Below, piece by piece: positions 18,368 to 25,405 of a stretch of DNA of 57,634 nt (position 1 is the first letter of the stretch; the number at the start of each line of letters is the position of its first letter). The position numbers were made by a program, and so were the translations under genes. Under the pieces are notes generated by a model that worked only from the letters and a program-made list of their open reading frames with translations, was not told the origin of the DNA and made no database searches. This DNA is from a virus: the IMG/VR virus record IMGVR_UViG_3300045988_159412. One strand, 5' to 3'.

Positions 18368-18870
18368 ATGTCATTATCGCTATCGACAAGCAAGATAAAG
18401 TTCTAACTAATATCGCATCAAACCTAGTAGAACTTCTGGATAAAGAGCTTCTAAAGCCATCTCTGGACATAGTTCCTCTCACAAGGGATGTGAACCTGTT
18501 TATGTCTAACAGGTGGGACAATATGAAGGTTGATTTTATCTTGCGGTTGCGGACATCATACGTCACTTCTAATCGCAGTACCTATCAGAAAATCGTCTCT
18601 TCAAATACTCAAGGGCCTTTTGGTTTCAGGCTTCTTCATACGTCGCATTCTTTGTTGGAAAAAGAGGGGTGGGGACAATACGGATTCAACCCCTGCACAG
18701 AGTTTAAGGGCCTCCCCGGCTGGATTGATTTCATGGATATTGAGCTTGCCAATATGGGCGACCCCAAAGATATTGCCGCTATCGGCGACGGAAAGGTTTT
18801 TGCTCAAAGCGCCGCTCAATGGATGAACAAGGCCGCAAACTGGTTACGGATTGGCAGGAAGAAAAAATAA
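18364..18870 (+). CDS. hypothetical protein, 168 aa (candidate lysis enzyme by position only)
   Basis: ATG overlaps the upstream stop (ATGA). Last + strand gene before the convergent junction at 18870/18874. No catalytic motif recognised. Confidence 0.5.
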   Translation: MNVIIAIDKQDKVLTNIASNLVELLDKELLKPSLDIVPLTRDVNLFMSNRWDNMKVDFILRLRTSYVTSNRSTYQKIVSSNTQGPFGFRLLHTSHSLLEKEGWGQYGFNPCTEFKGLPGWIDFMDIELANMGDPKDIAAIGDGKVFAQSAAQWMNKAANWLRIGRKKK

Positions 18871-18873
18871 CTG

Positions 18874-19227
18874 TCAGCCAAAAAAGAAATCATCTATTTT
18901 CTCCAACTCCATTTTAGACAAGGGAGCCTGTTTGTGGTAAGCGGAAATCCCCGCCCGTCTTGTCCTTCGGGGGTTTATCAGGTTAAGAGGAATACATCTC
19001 TTGGTTTTAAAGTCTTTTCTGTATAGCTCTGCCCGGCGTTGAAAGTGTTTGCTGGCCGCTAAACAAAAGTCCATAGCCTTGATTTTATTCCCCCTCAAAG
19101 TGTCCTTGATGAACATGTTAGGCGTATAATGGTATCTCTTGAGGAGCTTCCTTAGTCTCACTCCTTTAGCATAACCTCCGAGAACGTTATAAAACTGTTT
19201 ATCGGTAAGCTTGTTTATGTATAGCAT
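18874..19227 (-). CDS. hypothetical basic protein, 117 aa
   Basis: Last gene of the - strand operon. Its stop is 3 nt from the stop of the convergent + gene. Confidence 0.5.
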   Translation of the reverse strand: MLYINKLTDKQFYNVLGGYAKGVRLRKLLKRYHYTPNMFIKDTLRGNKIKAMDFCLAASKHFQRRAELYRKDFKTKRCIPLNLINPRRTRRAGISAYHKQAPLSKMELEKIDDFFFG

Positions 19228-19232
19228 GCCTA

Positions 19233-19799
19233 TTATGCCAGCTGGAATTTTTTAGACGCCTCACGCTGGAACTCTGTGTAAGTTTCAGGATAGCATAAAC
19301 AATGGCCTAAACGAGAGAGGACGTATGCATCCGCTTCGTTGTTGTTGGATGTATCTACATCCCAGCGTTTGTAAACATTGGTCATCACCAGCCCTTTCTC
19401 TGCAACACCTTTCCCTGTTGCGAATTTTTTCAGGGTAGTCGGAGGGTAAACCAGAATATTGGACAATCCTGCATCAAACAGGTTTTGTTTCACAACGCCG
19501 CCAAGTTCTCCTAGGTGGACGATTTTCCCAAACTGCGAGAAGGCATAATTCTCTATACACACCAGAACTTCGCTAGCGGGCCTGTAGGCCAATATTTGTT
19601 CTGCGGCGAGCTTTATATGGTTAGCGAACTCGGAGAGCCGCCTAGGCCCCTTGTGGGGGCTTGTGAGGGTATATCTGTAGCCGTCCAGCTTGATGTCTTG
19701 GTAAAGGACGGAAAGCCCTGTTGCTGTCAGGGATAAATCCAGCCCAACCCAACAACTGAAATCTCTAAAAACGTTGGCGATTACTTTGTCTTTTTCCAT
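19233..19799 (-). CDS. RuvC-like Holliday-junction resolvase, 188 aa
   Basis: Aligns by eye to E. coli RuvC. GLDLSLTATGLSV matches GIDPGSRVTGYGV. VCIENYAFS matches FAIEQVFMA (catalytic Glu). KKFATGKGVAEKGLV matches KQTVVGIGSAEKSQV. NEADAYVLS matches DAADALAIA. Confidence 0.85.
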   Translation of the reverse strand: MEKDKVIANVFRDFSCWVGLDLSLTATGLSVLYQDIKLDGYRYTLTSPHKGPRRLSEFANHIKLAAEQILAYRPASEVLVCIENYAFSQFGKIVHLGELGGVVKQNLFDAGLSNILVYPPTTLKKFATGKGVAEKGLVMTNVYKRWDVDTSNNNEADAYVLSRLGHCLCYPETYTEFQREASKKFQLA

Positions 19800-20041
19800 G
19801 ATTTTTTCTCTGATAATGGGAATCTGAAATCGACAAGCTCAAATCGGGAGTCCTTTTGAGTCATCACTATCCCTCCATTGCGGCTTCTTTTCAGCACCAC
19901 AACACCGAACACAGAGTTTTGTTCAAATTCTGTATCTGGATTTTTCTGAATTTCGCAAATTGCTTCCGCAGTTGTATGCAAAACCTCTGCTTCTGGCTCT
20001 TTTTTCCTAGGAGGGCGCCCCCTTTTAGTTGTCTTTTCCAT
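19781..20041 (-). CDS. small DNA-binding protein with AT-hook-like KRGRPPRK, 86 aa
   Basis: N-terminal GRP AT-hook motif. Overlaps its neighbours by short ATGA-type junctions. Confidence 0.5.
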   Translation of the reverse strand: MEKTTKRGRPPRKKEPEAEVLHTTAEAICEIQKNPDTEFEQNSVFGVVVLKRSRNGGIVMTQKDSRFELVDFRFPLSEKKSWKKTK

Positions 20042-20414
20042 ATTCTAGTTCTTGTTTTGCCAACCTATACGCCTCACGCCCGTCTAGTCCGGGTGTTCTC
20101 ATTTGGATTCCTACTGCTTTTTCAAGGCGGTTGAGGACAATCTTACCTTTTTTGTCTATGATAGCAAGAGGGTCTTTGTAGCCGCTAACGATAAGTATTC
20201 TCATGCAAAGGATGATAACGTCTGCACATTCAAACGCCATTTCCTTCTTGTTTTTGGCCGAAAGAAGTTCTTCTACCTCTTCCTTGAGATGTTTTTTGAG
20301 CTGTGGGACAGTCTCTTTAACACCTAAAAATTTACTGAAAACATTACATATTTGTTTGGCGATATTGTACACTCTAACCTTCCTTTCATATTGAAACAAA
20401 TCCATGCTACGCAT
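20025..20414 (-). CDS. MazG-like nucleoside-triphosphate pyrophosphohydrolase, ~129 aa
   Basis: Motif LKEEVEEL...EMAFECADVIILCMRIL fits the MazG/HisE EExxE...E-x-x-D signature. The likely start MRSMDLF at 20414 has an aaggag Shine-Dalgarno-like motif 5 nt upstream. Confidence 0.65.
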   Translation of the reverse strand: MRSMDLFQYERKVRVYNIAKQICNVFSKFLGVKETVPQLKKHLKEEVEELLSAKNKKEMAFECADVIILCMRILIVSGYKDPLAIIDKKGKIVLNRLEKAVGIQMRTPGLDGREAYRLAKQELEYGKDN

Positions 20415-20622
20415 TATCTCCTTTGTTTGTAATATTCCTGCACGCGGCACGCTTCTGCCATGCGTCACGGATGGCATCTTCAACGCCGTACATTATCCGG
20501 GGTTCTCCGTGGTAATCGCCGCATTCTTTGAAGCCTTCCGTGAAGCGCATGAGGCTTTTTCGCTCTTTCAGGATTCCAAGGGCTTCTCCGTACTTCAAAA
20601 AATCTTTTTGTTCAGCATTCAT
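20407..20622 (-). CDS. hypothetical protein, 71 aa
   Basis: Small ORF that fills the gap in the operon. Its stop overlaps the MazG-like start region. Confidence 0.4.
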   Translation of the reverse strand: MNAEQKDFLKYGEALGILKERKSLMRFTEGFKECGDYHGEPRIMYGVEDAIRDAWQKRAACRNITNKGDNA

Positions 20623-20729
20623 TTTCCTTTTATTTTGAATATAATATATTGTATAATTAAAATAATCCCCAACACGATTAAAAATGAGACCGTGAGAATA
20701 TCGAATAAATCAACAATTATCATAGATTT

Positions 20730-20942
20730 TCACCCTTTTCTGGTTCGTCGTCGTTGCATTCTAAAAAGAGTTTCTTCCTCCGAGGAACACGGGTCGAGTT
20801 GATACCCACAATTAGAACATTTAGGGATATATGCCTTCTTTCCAAAAGGATAGCCTTGTTTACCAAGGCCAGTAAACACGATATCCTTAACAATGAAATA
20901 CTCGTTATGACATATTGGACATTTTGGATTTTTTGCGCTCAT
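20730..20942 (-). CDS. zinc-ribbon protein, 70 aa (CPIC ...18 aa... CSNC)
   Basis: Two C-x2-C pairs. Start overlaps the stop of the upstream nuclease gene (ATGA). Confidence 0.5.
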   Translation of the reverse strand: MSAKNPKCPICHNEYFIVKDIVFTGLGKQGYPFGKKAYIPKCSNCGYQLDPCSSEEETLFRMQRRRTRKG

Positions 20943-22084
20943 TTTTTAACTATCCTTTCTTTCTGTTTTTTTTCGACGATATAGCTTCCAAAGATTTTAT
21001 TGAATTGTTCGTTCGATGCTTTTCTAGACTGCTTCCCGTTCACAATGTTTTGGTGTTTGTGAAAAGCCTCTTCCAGCTTAGAGACTGAAACACTAACGGC
21101 TTCCATCATGTCCCCTAGAGGAATGACTTGCTGAACCCTAGATAACCCTTCGTTTTTAAAGCTACGAACCGTATTTCCTTCTTTTAAACCAAGGCCGTCA
21201 ATCTCTTCGCCATTTTTCAGCAACTCATAACATGATTCTTCTATCTCTTTGGCCACCTTCGAGGCCAATTTAGCTGTAAAATATAGCTTAGAGCGTTCTT
21301 CTGGATTCATTTGTTTCAGCTTAGAAGAAAAAGCTGTAGCGGGGGTAGTGATTGTTTGCACCACCTCTAACGGCTTTTTGCATTCAGCAAAACCCTTGCA
21401 GTACCTGCAATAGCTGTTAGCTTGAGGTGGAAGGTCCTTTTTGGTGCGTTCGCATATCTCAATGACTTCTTTTTCTGCCTCTTTGATGTCCTCTTCGCTG
21501 TACCTCACAATAACAGGATAAGAAGTCACCAGAGGTTGAACAATGGCACAAGAGACTGATTTTATTTTGCAGTCCTGATAATTCCTTTCGATGTGTTGCT
21601 TGCAACATAGGGCCAACCCTCTAAGCTGGTGGTTTATTTGTGTTGACTCTGGCTCTAAAGGCCCTGTCTTGTAGTCGATAATCAATAAATGAAATCCCTC
21701 TTCGTCAGACTTACCTAAAACCACGTCGGGTTTCCCAGAAAAGAGTGCATTGTCCCCATCGAAAAAGAAACACCTTTCCTCCTTCATCAATTCCTCGAAC
21801 TTGTCTTCTCCCGCCCAAATCGACGCAACTTCGGTCACAATTCTTTTGCATGCAAGCATGAGCTTCGTCTCTTCTTCGGTGAGTAGTATGTTTTGGTATG
21901 CAAGGTATTGATGAATCCTGTTGCCTCTTTCAGCCATTTCAGAGGTTGTCTCTACTCCTTCAACGTCATATCTCAATGAGTGCGGACATAACGCAAGACG
22001 TGCTAGGCTGGAACATGAAGGCAATCCTTGTCTTTCCGTATCTTTTGTTTTCATTATTTCTCGTGTATTTTTTTTGTTATTCAT
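20939..22084 (-). CDS. Cas4/RecB-family PD-(D/E)XK nuclease with 4-Cys cluster, 381 aa
   Basis: GKPDVVLG...HLLIIDYKTG gives the D...D/E-x-K core. Cys at ALCPH plus C-terminal CRYCKGFAEC give the C...C-x2-C-x5-C arrangement of Cas4-type Fe-S nucleases. Confidence 0.7.
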   Translation of the reverse strand: MNNKKNTREIMKTKDTERQGLPSCSSLARLALCPHSLRYDVEGVETTSEMAERGNRIHQYLAYQNILLTEEETKLMLACKRIVTEVASIWAGEDKFEELMKEERCFFFDGDNALFSGKPDVVLGKSDEEGFHLLIIDYKTGPLEPESTQINHQLRGLALCCKQHIERNYQDCKIKSVSCAIVQPLVTSYPVIVRYSEEDIKEAEKEVIEICERTKKDLPPQANSYCRYCKGFAECKKPLEVVQTITTPATAFSSKLKQMNPEERSKLYFTAKLASKVAKEIEESCYELLKNGEEIDGLGLKEGNTVRSFKNEGLSRVQQVIPLGDMMEAVSVSVSKLEEAFHKHQNIVNGKQSRKASNEQFNKIFGSYIVEKKQKERIVKK

Positions 22085-22148
22085 CTTCTGGCTCCCAATC
22101 TACATACGCCTCAAACTCATAATCCATACAATGTTAGACAGTAGATGT

Positions 22149-23003
22149 TTAAGCGTTTTCATTGTTTTCTTTCTTTTTGAATATTGGCGATTCTGGCGAC
22201 TTGTCTTCTTCATTGGAGAAAGCTTCGTCTTTACTTATGGCCCCGGTTTTAATGGCGTTGAATAGACCAATAAGCATTACTATTTCAGATTCCTTACTAG
22301 TCTCAATTTTGTGTTTAAGGTAAGCCTCAAGCATTTCTTTGGAGACTCCGATTTTGGAAAAGGCTATTACACATCCATTTATTCTTTCAGCAATGGGTGT
22401 ATCTGTGGCTCTTAGCGTGTTTTGGCAAGCCTCTGCCGCCTCTTGCCTAATGAAGTCCGGCAATACCGCCCAAATGCACGCCCTGATGCGTCTAGAGGCC
22501 ATATTAGCGCAAAGTTCATAAATATCTCTATCGGACGTAAGAGGATATCCACCGTCTTTTGTGTCCCTGTGGTGCGGAACAGAAAAGGCTATCTCCCTTC
22601 TTATGTTGTTTTCTTTGTCCCAACAGAAAGCTATACAGTCGGAGCAAACCCTTCCTTTTTCATCTACATGTTCACCTATCTTTCTCCACCCAGCTTCTGC
22701 GTTCCCATAAGCGGTAAGGCACGCATTTGCTAAATGGATTGTCTCTCCTGAAATACTAGAACCTCCCCTTTTGTATTCGAAGAATGCGGTGTTAGCCAAA
22801 TGACGGAACGAGCAAAGCTGTCTAATTTTGGAGGAAACCTCCATCATGTTTCTCGGCATCTGCTTTGCTATATATATAGAGGCAAGCGCCTCTAGCGATT
22901 CTTTGTTGGAAAGTACGTTAGCAAGCGGATTCCCAGCAAGAGGTGCTATCATGGATAAGCCTTCTGCCGGGACTGTGGTCAATTGTTCTGGGTTGTCTGA
23001 CAT
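22149..23003 (-). CDS. putative single-strand annealing/recombination protein (RecT/Redbeta-like by synteny), ~285 aa
   Basis: Sits immediately upstream of the PD-(D/E)XK exonuclease in the same operon. No decisive motif seen. First ATG (MSDNPEQ) is taken as the start; the track's 306-aa version starts at a TTG. Confidence 0.5.
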   Translation of the reverse strand: MSDNPEQLTTVPAEGLSMIAPLAGNPLANVLSNKESLEALASIYIAKQMPRNMMEVSSKIRQLCSFRHLANTAFFEYKRGGSSISGETIHLANACLTAYGNAEAGWRKIGEHVDEKGRVCSDCIAFCWDKENNIRREIAFSVPHHRDTKDGGYPLTSDRDIYELCANMASRRIRACIWAVLPDFIRQEAAEACQNTLRATDTPIAERINGCVIAFSKIGVSKEMLEAYLKHKIETSKESEIVMLIGLFNAIKTGAISKDEAFSNEEDKSPESPIFKKKENNENA

Positions 23004-23072
23004 GCCCTCATTGTATCTTTTCTCCCACACATGGCAATCTTTTTTTATTTTTTTTCTTGTGCATGTCAAAAC

Positions 23073-23477
23073 ATGTGGTACAAAAACGACATGACGAAAG
23101 CACTACCAACAGAACAATTAGAAGCATTCTCCAAGTTCGCCAATACTAACGAAGCCCTTTGCAAGCTCATGATGCAACGGGCGGGGTTCAACATCACTCC
23201 AATGGTGTGGAATAAGGCTAAATGGATGCCTATACAACTTTCCGTAAAGAAGCTCACGAACCTTCGAGCTTTTTATCCAGAAGCATTTGGTTTAGAGGGT
23301 GAACCTAATAAAGATTTTTTGAAATCTCTTTATTACCTCCACATTTCAAATAGAACCTTCTCTGGGGAAATTACGCCACTAATTGAGGACAAGGATTTTA
23401 TTACCCATATGCCCTATGCTAACTTTGTTTTACCCATTGACGATTTCACAAAAAACGCCCTTTCCAAATTCATGTAA
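23073..23477 (+). CDS. hypothetical protein, ~134 aa
   Basis: + strand ORF divergent from the recombination operon. The track start at 23031 translates a T-rich promoter-like stretch, so an internal ATG at 23073 or 23091 is more plausible. Confidence 0.45.
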   Translation: MWYKNDMTKALPTEQLEAFSKFANTNEALCKLMMQRAGFNITPMVWNKAKWMPIQLSVKKLTNLRAFYPEAFGLEGEPNKDFLKSLYYLHISNRTFSGEITPLIEDKDFITHMPYANFVLPIDDFTKNALSKFM

Positions 23478-23486
23478 AATCAGGAT

Positions 23487-24119
23487 ATGAATCACTATTC
23501 CCATGACTATCCCTTAGAAGAAATTGAACGTATTTCTGAACCGAAACTAGCAAAAGACATCCTGAATTTAGAAGAACTATTGAAGAGATTAGATGAAATA
23601 CCGCTAACAACAGAACAGGAAACGAAAGAATGGCGGCGAAAAGAAAAAGAAAAAGAACGCATAGCATCATGGAAAAAACGTTTAAAGCAATCCGGCGTGC
23701 CTCAAGGGTTTTATGATGCTTGCGTGAATGGAAAGATCGACAAGAGCCGAATACTTCCAATTCTGAAAAACTTAAATAGCGGGTGCTTATTTGTCTGCAC
23801 CCCGGAAAAAGGTAAAACCTTTTCCTCTTGCGCTTTGATATCGCGGGAATTATGGAAAGGCAGGTCGGCTTTTTACATGAAAGCTCCTGAACTGGAAAGA
23901 GAAATGGCAAGCTATAAAAAGGATACGCGCCTGATAAATAGAGCGCAATCAACCCCGCTCTTAGTGCTGGACGATTTTGAGGGAGTGCGAATGAGTGTGA
24001 ATTCATCCTCCGATTTTATCGCCTTGCTGAAAAAAAGAAATGATTCTAATTTTTTAACAATTTTGAATTCAAAAAAACGAACCTTTTTTCTCGAACAGAT
24101 CGAAGAGGCAGTAAGTTAG
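23487..24119 (+). CDS. DnaC/IstB-like AAA+ ATPase (helicase-loader-like), 210 aa
   Basis: Walker A-like CTPEKGKTFSS and Walker B LLVLDDFEG about 55 residues apart, as in DnaC and IstB. The antisense 178-aa ORF is rejected. Confidence 0.6.
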   Translation: MNHYSHDYPLEEIERISEPKLAKDILNLEELLKRLDEIPLTTEQETKEWRRKEKEKERIASWKKRLKQSGVPQGFYDACVNGKIDKSRILPILKNLNSGCLFVCTPEKGKTFSSCALISRELWKGRSAFYMKAPELEREMASYKKDTRLINRAQSTPLLVLDDFEGVRMSVNSSSDFIALLKKRNDSNFLTILNSKKRTFFLEQIEEAVS

Positions 24120-24149
24120 CGTCCCCTTAACTACCAGAAAACAAAAGTG

Positions 24150-24191
24150 TAATAAAAAACCCCTGTAGCCTAAATAAAGACTACAGGGGTT
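24150..24191 (-). terminator. rho-independent terminator of the AT-rich - strand operon
   Basis: Stem aacccctgtag/ctacaggggtt at 24158-24168 and 24181-24191. On the - strand it is followed by ttttttatta. Lies between convergent genes. Confidence 0.55.
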
Positions 24192-24216
24192 GAATTTGGT
24201 GTATTTTTATGACAAA

Positions 24217-24903
24217 CTATTGAACTCTTTTTTCGGGTATTAGTTTGCTATTAAATGAGTAGTATTTTTTTGAGTAATTGTAGGTCTTGGAATATTTAGA
24301 ATATCCGGTTTTGTTGTTCCAATAAACTTCATCCCCATAAAAAGAGCAGTAACTATATTCTTTCTTTTTATAAGAGGAATTTGAGAAATAAGCGAATTTG
24401 TTTTTGTCTGGTCTTTCAAAATTACCGTAAAACAACATCTTTCCGTTTTTCCAAAAAACAAATTTGCTTTGGCCAATGATAGAGTTAACCATATCATCAA
24501 TGCCCTCATTTGTTTCCTTGATACCTGTTTCGCCAAAGGCTGGCAAAAACAGGTATCGGAAGAAGGTTTCACTATCGGTTAAATCTCCTTTATTTTTTAT
24601 GGAAAGAACGCCGTTGTGGCAAAAATACCAGCCGCTACCGCTCCAACCGTGAACGTTTTTTTCAGAAATAGAGCCATGAGTTTTGATTCTAGCGTGAAGA
24701 AGGACTACGTAATCATTAGGAATTTTTTCCCATGTGGCCACAACTTCCTTTTTTAGAAGAGTTCTAATTAGAAATTCCGGGTTATCGTCTTTGCTTCCTC
24801 TCTTAAAACCTAGCAGGAAAAATCCGTCTGGATTATTTGTTAGGCAATTTTGAAAACGTTGAGTGCCGATATCTTTCTTGAATCCGTAAGCAATGATACA
24901 CAT
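24217..24903 (-). CDS. class-II glutamine amidotransferase (Ntn-hydrolase) domain protein, 228 aa
   Basis: Met-Cys start (MCIIAY) supplies the N-terminal nucleophile. NPDG, LLHARIKTHGSISEKNVHGW (compare H-x-R-x-A-T-x-G...N-x-HP) and FCHNGVLSIKN (compare HNGxIxN) match the GAT-II core. C-terminal Y/K/S-rich tail. Confidence 0.75.
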   Translation of the reverse strand: MCIIAYGFKKDIGTQRFQNCLTNNPDGFFLLGFKRGSKDDNPEFLIRTLLKKEVVATWEKIPNDYVVLLHARIKTHGSISEKNVHGWSGSGWYFCHNGVLSIKNKGDLTDSETFFRYLFLPAFGETGIKETNEGIDDMVNSIIGQSKFVFWKNGKMLFYGNFERPDKNKFAYFSNSSYKKKEYSYCSFYGDEVYWNNKTGYSKYSKTYNYSKKYYSFNSKLIPEKRVQ

Positions 24904-24916
24904 GTTTTTTGTTTTG

Positions 24917-25324
24917 TTATTGTTTTTTTTCTGCGTTTTTTGTGATGATATTTTTGATACCTTCCATTAGGGAAAAAGCTTTATTTTCTTCTTCCGGCGT
25001 CTCGTAAAAGATTTTTACGAAAGTATATTGCTGATATGTAGGGTATGTCATTTTAACTCCGTTTCTAAGCAAATAATTGATAGTTTCCAGCCTTATTTTT
25101 TGAAATAGATCTTGAGATAAAGGCCTATGGAAAACATTTGAGAATTCTAAGTTAAGGCTACCTATCAAGCTCGAAATATAGCATTCTAGGTTTGTTTGTC
25201 GTCGCAAAAAAGAGGATTGCTCTTTCTTCTGCTCTTTCTTCTGCTCTTTCATTTGCTCTTTCTTCTGCTCTTTCATTTGCTCTTTCTTCTGCTCTTTCAT
25301 TTGCTCTTTCTTCTGCTCTTTCAA
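24917..25324 (-). CDS. KEQK/KEQM tandem-repeat protein, 135 aa
   Basis: N-terminus is MKEQKKEQMKEQKKEQM..., encoded by a 12-bp by 9 tandem repeat. The remainder is non-repetitive. Confidence 0.55.
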   Translation of the reverse strand: MKEQKKEQMKEQKKEQMKEQKKEQMKEQKKEQKKEQSSFLRRQTNLECYISSLIGSLNLEFSNVFHRPLSQDLFQKIRLETINYLLRNGVKMTYPTYQQYTFVKIFYETPEEENKAFSLMEGIKNIITKNAEKKQ

Positions 25325-25326
25325 AA
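25219..25326. repeat. 12-bp tandem repeat (tgctctttcttc / tgctctttcatt), about 9 copies, coding
   Basis: Read directly from the sequence. Confidence 0.9.
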
Positions 25327-25405
25327 GCCTAATGCGAACATCAGGCTAAAGTATATCAATAGTCCAAAAATGATTATAATTGTTTCGATAATTGTTTTTT
25401 GTATT

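Noticed and set aside
23470-24006. 178-aa minus-strand ORF overlapping the DnaC-like gene
   Set aside because: The plus-strand ORF carries Walker A/B-like motifs in correct spacing. The antisense product is Leu/Ser/Phe-rich junk.
25196-25330. Regular short repeats considered as a possible CRISPR array
   Set aside because: Units are 12 bp with no spacers, in-frame and coding (KEQK). No cas-like genes apart from a lone Cas4-type nuclease, which is a common phage recombination exonuclease. Not CRISPR.
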